Both the position numbers and the translations under genes were made by a program. Under the pieces are notes generated by a model. The model saw only the letters and a program-made list of their open reading frames with translations. It was not told the origin of the DNA and ran no database searches. A stretch of 63,667 nucleotides of DNA, the filler included, from Reticulomyxa filosa (Eukaryota; Protista; Foraminifera): assembly GCA_000512085.1 (NCBI GenBank). It is 25 parts of 25 records of this genome, joined end to end, with 100 filler letters (N's around TTAATTAATTAA, not from the genome) between each part and the next. Parts side by side here need not be neighbours in the genome. Positions count along the whole stretch, not along the records: positions 37,363 to 39,109 come from ASPP01029018.1; positions 39,210 to 40,474 come from ASPP01043194.1; positions 40,575 to 41,896 come from ASPP01014903.1; positions 41,997 to 43,929 come from ASPP01026587.1; positions 44,030 to 54,235 come from ASPP01008939.1; 20 more parts are not named here. One strand, written 5' to 3'. Below are positions 37,363 to 50,715 of the stretch, piece by piece. Position 1 is the first letter of the stretch; the number at the start of each line of letters is the position of its first letter.

Positions 37363-39109
37363 CATTGTGATGGCGATCATCGCCAGCAAAGACATTGGCT
37401 TCCTCGGCATTGCTCAAGGAAGATGGCAGAGAGTGGTTTCGATCGAGTGAGATCACATCCGTCCTTTCCTCCGAGCGTGCCAATGGCAGTGCAGACTGTT
37501 GACTTCCACAGATGGAACGCACGATCGGCACATTGGTCCAAAGGGCCGTGTTGTTCACCACATTTGCATCACAAATAACGTCTTGCGCAGATGGTGGGCC
37601 ATTCGCCATTGCAATTTCGGCGTGGCTGTCGTCCGATGGCAGTCCATGCTTGTTGGCCGTCGTGAGAGACGAAGAGGAGGATTTATCACGCATGAGGCCT
37701 CCTTCTTGCTGACCTTGAAAAGGATTATTGTAGCTATGCTGTCCCTGTTCTTGTTCTTGTTCCTGTTCTTGTTCCTGTTCCTGTTCCTGTTCCTGTCCAT
37801 GTTCTTGTTTTTGTTTTTGTTTTTGTTCTTGTGAATGTACACCATGGGGAAGAGAACTTGAGTCATGTTCTGCAGAGTGATTGACTTTTCGTTGTCGCGA
37901 ATCACATTTTTCAAATGGAAGTAATTCCAATAACTGATTGCAACTCCATCTTCAAACCTCGTCTTTGATTTCATTCGAACAAACTCCATTGCTTCTTTCG
38001 CTTTCTCAAAACTTATCATCGCGCATTTTCCGAGCTTTTTTAAAAAATAATTTTTTTTTAATTTTATTCACGCATCTTTTTTTTTTTTTTTTTAAAAAAA
38101 AAAGAATAAGTTAACTTCCAACGGGGTCAGCTCATTATTCCTGTCGTTGTCCTCCTATATGGGATGCACATACAACAAGCACATGCTAAAGAAAAAAAAA
38201 AAAAGCAAAGCAACATACCAGTAGCGATCCAAGCAAAGCGAGACGAATAATCTTTTGATGCAACGCATCATTAGGAAGCGGGTGGATATCCGCAATTATC
38301 CCACACTGTTGCGTCATATGGCGAACGGCCACTGGCGTTCCAAATGCAAACACTTTTTTGCACTCGTGTCGTGTTGGGACATCGCCGTCGTATGTGTTGC
38401 CATATTTGCGCAAATGCTCGATTACAAACGGTAACTAATATATACAAATATATATATATATATATATATACATATATGTATATGTATTTGTATATAAATA
38501 TACATATATGTATATGTGTATGCAAGTCGTTACACAAAACATCATCGACATAAGGCAGCTGCGTTTGCAACACTTTCAAAAACTCGGAAGCGTTAAGTAG
38601 TTTGGTCAGTTCGACAAAGTGACGAACGGTGACTTTTTCAAACAATGGGGATAACACGGCACGAACCACTTCACGATCTAAAAAAGATGGTTGGACATTG
38701 CTTTTGTCAAAGTCATTGCTCTTGATATTCTTATTTGCATTTGTATTTTCAATATCATTGCCATTGTTATTGTCATTGCCATTGTTATTGTCATTGCCAT
38801 TGTTATTGTCATTGCCATTGTTATTGCTATTGCTATTATGATGGTAGTGATTGTGATTGTAATTGTCTTCATATCTATTCAAACCCCAATTCTGCTGATG
38901 TGGATATAGATATGGATAAGGATACGAATGTATAAGCGGTGCCACTATATTATGGCTGTAATACATATGTTTTTGTGCTTTCCGCTTTGTCGGCATTCTT
39001 TCATTGTGGAGACGATATTTCCAACCATCTTCATTGTAATTGTCATTGTAATTGTCATTGTAATTGTCATTATTATTGTTATTGTCATTGTCATTGTCAT
39101 TGTCATTGT
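37363..39109 (-). CDS. Low-complexity multi-exon hypothetical protein (fragment), possibly upstream exons of the 2OG oxygenase
   Basis: Poly-N/D and (QE)n exons, and an exon KKVFAFGTPVAV..LHQKIIRLAL. Same strand as the oxygenase exon across the linker. Confidence 0.4.
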
Positions 39110-40621
39110 NNNNNNNNNNNNNNNNNNNNNNNNNNNNNNNNNNNNNNNNNNNNTTAATTAATTAANNNNNNNNNNNNNNNNNNNNNNNNNNNNNNNNNNN
39201 NNNNNNNNNTCAAAACAAGAAAATGTTATTAAGGACAATATCTCCTCCTGAGTTAAAATATAGACAATCCGTAATTCAAAAAATTGCAATGATTAAATAT
39301 CTCAGGGATAGTTTATGTTTAGATAATTCAATGAATTGTATTTATAAAAAGAATAGATTTTGGATTCATTTAATCATTGACGTTTCAAATTTAATTAATA
39401 ATTAATATTTATTTGATATATTTGATTATTTTTTGATTACCCTGATCGATGTAATTTATTATTTGTTCAAAACTATTTATAAACAGACGTGTTGATTTCC
39501 TCAAATATTAAGTTAAAATGTTATTTTAAGACGAAGAAACTAAAAACAGGATTTCTGAAAAAGAAGTGACAATTACCGTACTTTATCTACATTAACAAAG
39601 AAATTGATAAAATGTATACAAATTGCAATGACAATAGAATATAATTACAATTCAAAAAACATTGTAGAATGGAATTTTATTCACTTTATTCTATGCCATT
39701 TTTTAAATTAAATAAATATTGAGAGAAAAAAGCTCACATTAATGACATATCACCTTAAGAAACTTAAAAAAAAATTACCAACAATCAAATTATCTTTGAA
39801 TTCAATTCACTTTTATGTTAAAAAATTGTAATATTTAAATTCAGTAATAAAAAATATTTTGATTTAAATAAGTTATCAAATACAAGATTGAATCATATTC
39901 TTTTGCAAAAATTACATACATTCAGATTATGTTGATTATTTGAATTACAATTGATACAAAACACAAGTGCAAATAAATATAAACAAAAATATGTGATTAA
40001 CCATTTGATCAACTACACACAAGAACATCAAATTGCGGGTTCAAATGATTCATTTGAGACTTTTGTTGTTTTTTTATTTAAGGTTTCAAATATTTTTGCA
40101 AAATTCAAAAATGCTCTATCCTTTCATGAGCAATCGAATAATAATTTTTGTTTGATTTGCTAAATCAAAAATAGAATTAATAATGTATGTAATTCACTTA
40201 CATATCCATCTGATTGCAATCAAAAATCTGCATATCCTTGCTTAAGAACATTTATAGAAATTAACATTTATTGTATCTTCTTGTTTTTTTTATTTTTCAA
40301 TATCAAATGTATTTCTTAAAATATTTAAATAAAATTACATAAATAACTTTTCCTTTGGATTGAATTTACAAAGTTGATCATAAAAGACAGATGCCTATTT
40401 TTAATCAAATATAAAAAAATAAATTGAAACTGCTAACATTAAAGGAATAATTATAAATATGAACGTTTATTTCTNNNNNNNNNNNNNNNNNNNNNNNNNN
40501 NNNNNNNNNNNNNNNNNNTTAATTAATTAANNNNNNNNNNNNNNNNNNNNNNNNNNNNNNNNNNNNNNNNNNNNGGTGGAAAATAAAAAAAGCAAAATGC
40601 AGATGCAACATTTTAGAGATC

Positions 40622-41853
40622 TCATACGGCACCTGGACTTCCTTGGTTCATCAAGTCAGCCCGCTGTTGAGAGGTGAGTTTCACGGTACTCTCGTCGACT
40701 AGAGATTTCGGGACGAGGCGCTTTCCGGCCAATATCAACACGCAGCAAAACAGGAGCCCGGACACGATTCCAATGACCGCTTTCTCTCCGGTGTCTATAC
40801 TTGTTTTGTGTCGGATCTGTTTCGTTACGTGGTAAGATACTATAGCTACACTCTGCGCGCATAGGCACATCAAAACTGAGGGTGGACGAGTTGACTCTTT
40901 GTTGCTGTCCGAGGGGATCCACGTTGCCATTGGAGGGCGTGGAAGGAGTGGGCGATGCGGTAGGAAGGGCTGTGGGCTGTGTCGAAGGAGACGTGCTTGG
41001 TGTGTCGCCGGGAGAGCGCGTTGGAAAAACAGAGGGACCTTGTGTCGGAGATATCGTAATCAGCGAGCTACTCGGAGAGCGGGTCGGCTGGTGGCTTAGA
41101 GCAAGGCTGGGCGCAAGGACGGGTGCAAGACTGGGTGCACGGACAGGTGAAAGACTAGGTGCAAGGACAGGTGCAAGGCTGGGCGCACGGACGGGTGCAA
41201 GACTAGGTGCAAGGACTGGTGGAAGGCCGGGTTCGCGGACGGGTGCAAGACTGGGTGCAGGTGAGGATTGCTGCACAGAGGGATTGTGAAAAATGGTTGG
41301 AATGGCACTGGGTACTTGAGTGGGTGCGGTGGGGATAGTGGTGGGCGAATGGCTGGGATTTGGAGAGGTGCAGCCACTTTGGCCATTTTGACAAATTGAC
41401 AGGTGTCCGACACTGATATCAAATGACGAGCTCCCTTGCGTCTTCCATACCACGCTCGTCGACAATGAAAAGTTTTGCCCTAATCCCATCCCCGTCGACT
41501 TCCTCATTCCCTTGCTTATCACCAACCAGTCTGTTGTTTCACATACCGACAACGCTATCACCGCTTGATATTGTTGGAATGAGTACATTTCAAACAGATA
41601 ATACGTTATTGATGGCGAATACTTGTATTCGTACATCCATGTACCTAAACATATATATACATATATATATATATATATACATAATTATATATATATTTAC
41701 TTTTTATTACTCACCATTCCAGTAACACGCCAATGCACTCGTACAGTTCATTATTCCACAATTGTCATTTTTATATATACCCAATGCTTCGTTCTTCACG
41801 TAATACCCGTTCAAATATTGCGCATTTGCATTGGTAAAGACCACTTTGTTATC

Positions 41854-41870
<17 letters not shown>
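40622..41870 (-). CDS. Type I membrane protein with a Pro/Thr/Ser mucin-like stalk (5'-truncated; one frameshift near 40805)
   Basis: Globular Cys/aromatic region, then PT-rich stalk, TM helix AVIGIVSGLLFCCVLILAG and a short cytoplasmic tail. Confidence 0.7.
41098..41262 (-). repeat. 24-bp coding minisatellite encoding (APSLAPV[RL])n
   Basis: About six to seven imperfect GCACCCAGTCTTGCACCCGTCCGT-type units. Confidence 0.9.
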
Positions 41871-41888
<18 letters not shown>

Positions 41889-44029
41889 TTTTTTTTNNNN
41901 NNNNNNNNNNNNNNNNNNNNNNNNNNNNNNNNNNNNNNNNTTAATTAATTAANNNNNNNNNNNNNNNNNNNNNNNNNNNNNNNNNNNNNNNNNNNNAATA
42001 TGTACACATAAAAAAAAACCTTTTCAAGTAATGGACCCAATCACGAATTATAGTATCAGGAAAGAGACAGGCACACAAATTACCAATAAAATACTTTGAG
42101 ATCTTGTATTGGAATGTGTGCGTTGATTTCAATGGTAATGCTTCCATCAAGTATGAACAATTGAACTGACTTGAAGGAAGATATTATCACTAAAATACTC
42201 TTCCCCTAGAGCTACCATTTCTTTGAGTGCGGTCTTGTCAATGGCCGATCATTCCACTTTTTGAATTCGAGTGGTTCGGTTTTTGATAACCGAACAATTC
42301 GCTCATATCCACAGCGACGGCATCTTTGAGATGAGAGAGGTGAGATGATAGAGTGGAGGACTCGACTGCTGACATAAAATATTGCGCTCATCAGGGGCCC
42401 AGCGCCACTAATATATTGCAAATATCCAAGCTTTGTTTTGCTTGGTAAATAAAGGAGCGACTTTTGAATCGTCAATCCATTATCGATTGGCACAACTTGT
42501 TGCTTTTTGTGATAAATGGTGCAACAACATTACCTCTCTTCCGCTACACCAACAGTAGTGAGCCGAATATTGGCACACACAACACCAATCCAATATCTTG
42601 AAGTAATTAACAAATGATTGAAGTGACATGGACTGCGTTATCGTTGTCGTTATTATCATTGGACTGCGCTTGACGTTATCACAAACCTTCCAGTAGCTTC
42701 TATTGAGGGGCGTACTATGTGAAATTAGTTCATGTTAAGATGCGCAAAGTCGCTACTGTGGATGCGAAAAACCATTCCTAACCAAAGTAAAGTTGACAGA
42801 CTGTCTTTAAAAAAAAAATTAAACAAGACAAATCTAACAACTGTATGGCCTTGAATCATCTTTTTCTAATCTTCTTCCCTTCGTATTTGATAATGATCTT
42901 GACTTGAGTATCGCAAAACTACTCCACCAAATTGGAGTCATAACATCAAAAGATGGTTCCACGTGAGATGGCTTACTCGACACCATATGTGATTGTTTTC
43001 TATAACGCGCATCCTCTTTTTCTTTGTCTTCCATTTCTTCAATCCATCCAGTCGTGATGTCGATATCGTTTTTATTTTTTTGCGCCGCGTCTTTCTTTCT
43101 GAATCTTGATGCTACCCGACTACGAAAGCAAGCTTACCAAAAAGAAATATTGTCCGCAATTGAACTGGACAATTTTTTTTTAACTATTCCATACATCATA
43201 TGATGGATAATTTCTAAATGCGACGTTCGTCGCCCTTATGATGAGGAACACAAATTTGCTTTGGATAAGGTATTTCTTAGAAATTTCTGCATCCATTCGA
43301 TAATATTTAGATTGGCAATCCAATGGGGGAGGATATCATTCGTATTTCCTCTTTCATGATTGGACTATTCGTTCTTGATGCCATGGTTCAGCGATTTTTG
43401 AGTACGCCAAAGTCACTATGCGATTCACAATTTAAAACCACGTCGACTCGAATCCACTCAAATTGGAACATTGCGCTTCATTGTCCTCCAGGTACTGGGA
43501 TAATGCAACCAATACAAAGTATTGCATCGCATCCAACACGCCGTCTTTAGTTCATAGTCGATCCCAGAGACCATCACTACAAGAGTCAAGTGCCTCAGTT
43601 TCAGCATGCGTAGTTAGCATCATTTTTATAACAGCAGAGCTTCTCTTGTTCGTTGGAATCTGTAAATCGCAGTTCGATGTCCTTTTTGAGGATAATTGTT
43701 GGCGTGACACAGCGCCAGAGACTTGTGTTCACATATGTAGATGGCTACGTTCTTTCCAACTGTTCGGTTTATCACTGTAAGACATTTCCACAATTTATGC
43801 ATTATCTTTGATTGGCGCATTCTATATGAAGTTAGTGTAAGTCTGGAAACATAAATTCTTCACTCGTGGGCGTGAAGAGCCATACATAACCACACTACGT
43901 AAATCTGGCAGACGAATTTGTTTGTTTGTNNNNNNNNNNNNNNNNNNNNNNNNNNNNNNNNNNNNNNNNNNNNTTAATTAATTAANNNNNNNNNNNNNNN
44001 NNNNNNNNNNNNNNNNNNNNNNNNNNNNN

Positions 44030-45583
44030 CTGAGGCTGGGATTGGGACTGATGCTGAGGTTGAGATTGGGTTTGAGTTTGTGTCTGATGTTGGGATTGAT
44101 CTTGTTTAAATATTGTACTCAAGCAAGGAACAGAGGCCTGGGACTGGTATTGTGCAACTAATGTTTGTGCGCTTGTTTCGAGTTTTTTTTTGTGTTGTAC
44201 TTTTTTGTCTTTAATTGCTGACAGTATTTTTTGCATTTTCAGTTGTCTCTGCTTCATTTTCTGGGTTAAAAATTTTTGTGTGGACGCGTCACAAGTATAT
44301 TGCTTCCATTTTTTGAAAAAGTAACAATACTGCTTCAAAGCTTGGTGTCTGTCCGCGATATGAAGCAATCTTATTAGTCGGCTGTTTTCTTCAGCTTGTT
44401 TGGTTTTTAGATTTTGTTTTCGTTTTTTATCATTATATTCGACTTTCCAGTGTGAATACGCATGTTTTACCAGTCTCATGCAAAAGTAACTTTCAATCTT
44501 TTTTTTTTGTTAGCAAAATAAGTAGTTTCATCAGAGGGAGAAAAATGTACCAAAAAACTTTTTAAAAAAGATATTTTTTTACCTGTGTTAATTTGTGTTT
44601 AGTCCGGATTGACAAATATTTCCATTGCTTGCAAGTTTGTGTCAACGACCATTTATCGTGTAAGTACTGCATTTGAGTGATTTTTTTTTCGATATGCTGA
44701 CGTAACGCCTCTTTTTTTTGAACTTGTACAACTTCGTCGGTTTGATGTTTTTCTATTTCGGAGGTAACTGAGACTACGTCAGATGAATTTGTTGAATTAT
44801 CAATGGAATTACTTTCTTTGTGCTGCTTTGTACTAATTTTTTTTGTTTAAAGAGGATTCAAATTTGCCAATCTTTTCTTCTTTATACGTATACGTACCTC
44901 TTTTCATTTGGTGATGCATGGCATGCTTCAAATTTATGAAGCAATTGTTGTGCATCCTTTTCCACTTTTTCAAACTTCGGGTCTTTTGACCGTCGCAGTG
45001 CCTCCATTTTCATTCGTTGAAGTTTCATATTGAAGAGATGTGACGAAGTTTCATTGCTACTGGGGCGATGCTCTTGATGTAGAGTCTTTTTGTTTGTATG
45101 ATCATAGGTAACCTTTCTTAAGTTACTCATGGAATTACTTTTGATCGGTCGACGATGTAATTGTGCTAACCAAACAAGTTGGTGCTGATTCATGAGCGAG
45201 GTTTCATGTTCTATTTCAACCCATGTTTGAATAAGCTGTTTTGCTTCCCTCAGCTCCTAATGCAAATCATCAATATACAGGTACTGCTTTATTTAAAATT
45301 TTGCTCATTTTTATGTACATAACAAATGAACCAAATGGGTAAATTAACTGGAGATTTGGATGTTGTCGGAAGTTGACACCAATTTATATTTTTCGGTCGA
45401 AATAGATCGGCAGAAGTTCTAGGCCTAATGGCCAAATCATGCAGACTATTGTATTTTTCTTTTTTTTAGTGCATTTTGTTAAATTATCATAACAGTCATA
45501 TCAAAAAAATAACCAAATTCAAAACCTTGTTTCTCATCTCCTTCAAATTTGTAATGAACCTCATCAACCCAGCTCGAATTCAT
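44030..45583 (-). CDS. Multi-exon coiled-coil protein with Sfi1-like (..F/YxxW) repeats (3'-truncated)
   Basis: ATG at 45583 and at least five exons. Periodic TCKQWK, AYSHWK and YFFKKWK motifs in helical Lys/Gln-rich sequence. Confidence 0.5.
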
Positions 45584-45969
45584 TATATCATCAAAAAACA
45601 TTTTCAATTTTTCACAGAGATAGACTTTTCCGATCCAAAAACCTAACTAATTATTGATGTTAGGATTTATCGAAAAATATGAAAAATCGAATTATACTTC
45701 GATGATGTCAAAAAGGAAGTGTCGAGTTTTATTCCAAAGAAATTTTTTCCTTAAAAAACTGTCAGAAATCACTTGCATATCTAAACTAGGCACAAAATAT
45801 GCCATCCAAAACGTTTAAAAATTTTTTTATGTTTTGATATTTTTCGAACAAGTTTCAGAATCATTTACAGAGGAGAAAAAGTGCAGGCAAAATTGTTTGG
45901 AACTGACAACTTTTGTCGCTTTCAGATAAACCAAATCGTTGTAGAATACCGATAACAGTGGGGACAGAC

Positions 45970-47455
45970 ATTCAAAAAGAAGAGAATATTATCAACAAAA
46001 AATTGTTTTTTTTCTTGCAGTTCACTTGAAGAAAAAAGGCAATCAGCTTATCTTCTGTAACGTCTTTCTCCGAGCCTTCCTCTGGTATTACTTTTGTCTT
46101 TTTTTGTCCTTGTGCCTAGTCTTCCGCCTCTATTTCTATTCTGTCTTCTCTCACATCCTCGATTTGCAATCTGTTCTCTGGGGATGTCTGAACGTGTCCT
46201 CCATTTCTGCCATATCCCTCCATGATAATCGACATTGTCCCAAGAAAAAGGGTTGAAATTATGAGTTGGATGACGTTGATTGGAAACAGTAAATCCGTTT
46301 GATACACTGACGACTTGATTTCTATCCTGTCCATGGATATGAACCGTAGCAGTCTCATTACCATCAGCAACTTCACCAACAAAACTTGAAGGAGTTTCAG
46401 AAGGGGATGTAAAAATCTAAACACCATTATTTACCATTTACTTTGTTCGAAAGAGTAGAGTTATGAGATGAAAGTGGTGTGAAACATTTCACAATGCACC
46501 TTCATCAAAAAAGCAAGATTGCCATACACAAAAACGTTTCTCATTTTTCGTTTTACACTTAAGATTTGTTCTTGCTCTTGTTGAAGGAGTTCAAACTTTG
46601 CTTCAGCAGCTTTGACAAACTTTAATGAATCTGATAAACGGTTTTTATAAACTTCAACCTCTTTCTCGTCCTCTTTCACACATACGTAATTCACAAACAT
46701 CTTGGCTTTATTTTGCAAACTTTCGTCGATACTGGCATACACAAAACATTCGTATGCCAAGCTTGTTCGACAATGAGGGCAAGTATCACGATACGAAAGC
46801 CATTGCAAAATACATTGTTGGCACCAAGATTGTTTGCAGCAAGGTGCTGCTATTGGACGGACAAATATGTCGCAGCATATCATACAGCACAGATCCTCCT
46901 CCCATCCGGCAAATACATCTAACTCAGCAAAAAATTTGTCCTCAGCTGGATCCAACAAACATGGTCCGTTATCCTTTTCTATTTGAGTTTTTTTTATTGC
47001 ACAATCTCTCCTATTTAAAAAAAAAAATTATGGAAAAGAGTTTGCCATTGTGACATCCATCTGTGTTACTTGTCTGGTGCAAGGTATTTTTTTCATTGGT
47101 AGACAAGCATTCAGTAGCTGATGAAGTCACCGTTTGGTGTTCATTGTTGTATCTGTTGTGAAAAAGGCATTTACTGAAACACAGCATTTCGCTTCTTTAT
47201 GAAAGTTATACTCAACAATTTCGTGCAATAAGGGTTTTCTTTTCTTTTCCTTGAGTTTTTTAGCCTTTGCAAAGCTGCTACTCTTTTTTGCTCGATTATG
47301 GCCCGTTGCTCCTGTGTTACAGCCGTCCCTTCGTTGCCTGGCAAAGCTATGCTTGTATCTTCCTTTTTTTCAAGCAATAGGCGACGTTTTGATAATTTCT
47401 TCAGCGCACATAATCGTTTTTTACGGATTCTTTCTTTTTGTTCGTCTGTGAGCAT
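45970..47455 (-). CDS. RING-finger E3 ligase with two N-terminal RPA32-binding-like helices
   Basis: LTDEQKERIRKKRLCALKKL and VTQEQRAIIEQKRVAALQRL, then RING CMICCDIFVRPIAAPCCKQSWCQQCILQWLSYRDTCPHCR. The last exon is open from about 46416. Confidence 0.75.
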
Positions 47456-49567
47456 TGTGAGGTAAGGAAAAAACAAAAAAGTTCGTAGTAGATAAAACGT
47501 AAACTTTTATTGAAATATAAGTTATTTATGTCTTTCATTCTATGTATTGCTTTTGTACGAAATTATTGAATAGCAATAAGACTAGAGTTCAAAATTGGTT
47601 TTAAGTTATCTGCGATTGTTCGTATTTCATTGCAAATAAAAACAAGAATCGATTTTGAAGTAAATGCTAAATTTGGCCTTATTTAGTACAAAAGTGTAAT
47701 TTAAAAGATAAATAGGCAACAGATAAAACATGTGTTTTTTGGACCAAAAACTCGTGTTTAAACAAAAAGGGACTAATGACATTTTTTGTGTTGTTCCTTT
47801 CTTAGTTGTGTTTTAGTTTTTCTTGTAATGTATTGTTGGCATGCTGTTTTGGTTACTATCTTCGTACGTGGTCTGATTGTAGAATACAGATCAAAAAAAC
47901 GTACTTTGAAAGGTTGGACTCTTTTTGGAAAGGTTGCAACGCACAAGACAAAAAAGGGACAAAAAAAAGATTTTGCATTAATCATGTTTGTTTCATTACG
48001 CATACTTTTTTTAATCTTTGAATTTCCTTTCTCTAAACATGTTATTCGATTCTCTTTTTTTTCCTGTCCTTTACACACAATTAACAACGTGGACGCATCT
48101 CAACGGAATATCCGACACAACACTCAGTCAAGTGACACCGACTCAACAGCGGGTTGTTTGTATTGTCTTTTGAGCCACTTTACCAAAGTTGTCCAAACAA
48201 CAGTCTGGCACTAAGTATTTTATCGAAAAGACTTGGACTAAGTTGAGCTCTGTGCCGCTAAACCGAAGTTTAAATATTGCGAGCCTCTTCTCTAATTAAA
48301 TATATCTTGGCGTGCCGCACTGGACATCCAATCCGAACATAGTTTGTACATTTTGTAAATCACGAAGGGACTCTGATCCAAAGCTCAAGTCGTTCGCGAC
48401 ATTGATCGTCAACAAGTTGATTTCAGGTGATTCCAATTCTTGAACATGTGTCGAACGTTCGATTGTTGTGTTGATGTAATGTAAATGACTTGAGTATATG
48501 TCCGACTATTGTTTATACTAGCGGCAAATGATGCTTAGCCAGATATGTTTGGCTGAAACTTAGTTCAAATAACTTACACTTGGCCAAAGAGCACGTAAGA
48601 TCTGATATTTCCATTGATGAAGCAATCCATTTCAAAAAAGACTATGTCTTATATGCAACAATCTGATCATCGTGATTGAGTGTTACATTGAATACTATAT
48701 TGGAAAAGCTTTCCACAAACTGTCAACTCGATTGTTGGACGATTTCCATACTGAATAACAAATTTAGTGACACTGACCTAGTCTCGATACATTCGTTTGT
48801 CGAATTGTCAAGCGCAAAGCACACCCTTCGATCAACGACATGTGTATGACTAAATCATTGTTGCTAGTATTATACCAGCAAAGCACATGTGCAATATGTT
48901 TGCAGTGGGAATACTACCTCAGGGAACTGCCTATATAACGTTGTTGTTGCATCGTAAAGAATTAGAGTGAGAGTTGACAATACTTCCATCGTCTACTTCT
49001 AATTTTCGAGCTCAAACACTATTGATATAATAATGCTGCGAGTATTTAATTACAAGATTATAACAATATACTATGTATATGATGACAATGAAAGTTTAAA
49101 TAGAATGATACTCCAGCATTCGAAGCACGAAGCAACAGTAACAACAAAGAATGAAGAAATATTGTATCAGTTTTTGTTGAAATTCTCAACTAATTGTTGT
49201 TCGTTCGCTTCGTGTAGCAAATTGATGAAAAAATGAAAATATGTGATTTGAAATTTCTTTTCACTTGCTGGATATAATATGAAACTTGTAATATAAGTTT
49301 TACCTAAATCCAAAATAACTGCATCGCAATAAAAATTGATACAATGTTTTCACACACTAATTTGCTCCTAAAATTTTTCTCTTTACACAGCAGGGAAAAA
49401 ATCGTATAACAAAATGCTGGTCTTTTCTATGCAACAAGTTCTTGATAGATAACAGTGTCCCTAAGTTTGTGTTGTTTTTTCAAAACAGTTTTTGAAGTTG
49501 TTCGCGACTTACAAACAAAATAGAAGCTTGACAATACCAAAATCAGGAAGTACGCTGCTATTCAAGT

Positions 49568-50236
49568 ATGTCCAATCCAGTCTCAGCATCTTCAGCATCT
49601 ATCGGGCCGCTAGGATGGTGCCCTCCTCCTCGACAAAACGGTTGCTTTTGGGGATTCTTCATTGAAATGAAGCAACTCGAGCCGCATAAACGTAACTTTT
49701 TGATTTTGGTACTTATGGTATGGCTTCTGATATCTCCATTGTGGAACAAATGGATAAGCATGGTATTGAGTTCTTTCTTCACAGCAATAGAACATTGCTT
49801 TACGCATTACGTCGACAAAGGATTGTATGCAGGCTCAACTCCTGAGCAGTGGATTGTCAATGTCTTATTTTTACCCGTGATGTTACCACATTACTGGAAT
49901 GTAGTGGCTCCATACCACCAAGTTGTCCGATGGCTTACCGGACCATTATTTGTGTGGGCGTTGGAGATTGTAGAAGGCTATTTTTTGATTTTTATATTCA
50001 AATACAATCGTGCCTGGCAGTATTTTGGAACAGGCAGAGTCTTTTTTCATGGTAATATCAAACTGGAATTTTGGAAATATTGGCTGCTATTAGGCGCTGC
50101 TTTGCATATATTCGCTGATCCATATATTCAAAAAATGGAAGTCATCACGTGGGACAAGTTGTCTGGATGTTTTCCACCTGAGTTTTTGACTGCAATCTTT
50201 TTAAATATACGATCAGTATCCCCGGCCCTTGAATAG
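49568..50236 (+). CDS. TMEM229/DUF1113-like multi-pass membrane protein, single exon
   Basis: WALEIVEGYFL..RAWQY..FFHGNIKLEFWKYWLLLG family pattern with several TM helices. Confidence 0.7.
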   Translation: MSNPVSASSASIGPLGWCPPPRQNGCFWGFFIEMKQLEPHKRNFLILVLMVWLLISPLWNKWISMVLSSFFTAIEHCFTHYVDKGLYAGSTPEQWIVNVLFLPVMLPHYWNVVAPYHQVVRWLTGPLFVWALEIVEGYFLIFIFKYNRAWQYFGTGRVFFHGNIKLEFWKYWLLLGAALHIFADPYIQKMEVITWDKLSGCFPPEFLTAIFLNIRSVSPALE

Positions 50237-50715
50237 CAGTTGTGGCTTATTTTTAGTGTTTGGTGATTTGTTTCTTTTTTTTGTCTTGGCAGTTGAAAGT
50301 GACTTATTTTTTTTCTGATTCAAGCTGTCCACAATTTCGACAATCTTTTTTTTCAATTTTTTTCTTGAAGAGAATTTAACTATTAAATGATAGAAATTTC
50401 TTTCTTTTAAATGGACGTGGGCAAAAATATACAGCTTGTGGAACCTTTTGCACTCGATTTTTTTTTTGTCTTAGTAATTCTGCCAGATTATACATCAAAC
50501 GCTCTTAGAAATGGTGCATGCGCCCTTCAATCCCTATTTCTAAAAAATTCTGCAATACAAGCCTGCCGGGCTAACATTTTAGTTTATAATATTATTAGGA
50601 GAGAAGAAAGGTTCGAATATTTTAAAGTTTGTTTTGCTTTTTTAAAGCTTCTTACGGTAGATAAGAATGAATTTTGTTACGAAAGAACAAGGGGCAGTAA
50701 ATGATAACAAAAAAT

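Noticed and set aside
39210-40474. Very AT-rich segment with short ORFs
   Set aside because: No recognisable motif, repeat or RNA gene; treated as intergenic.
46200-46540. VFVYGN followed by SFVGEV suggests a YEATS-like domain after the RING
   Set aside because: The core YEATS LHxSF and GWGEF motifs are absent.
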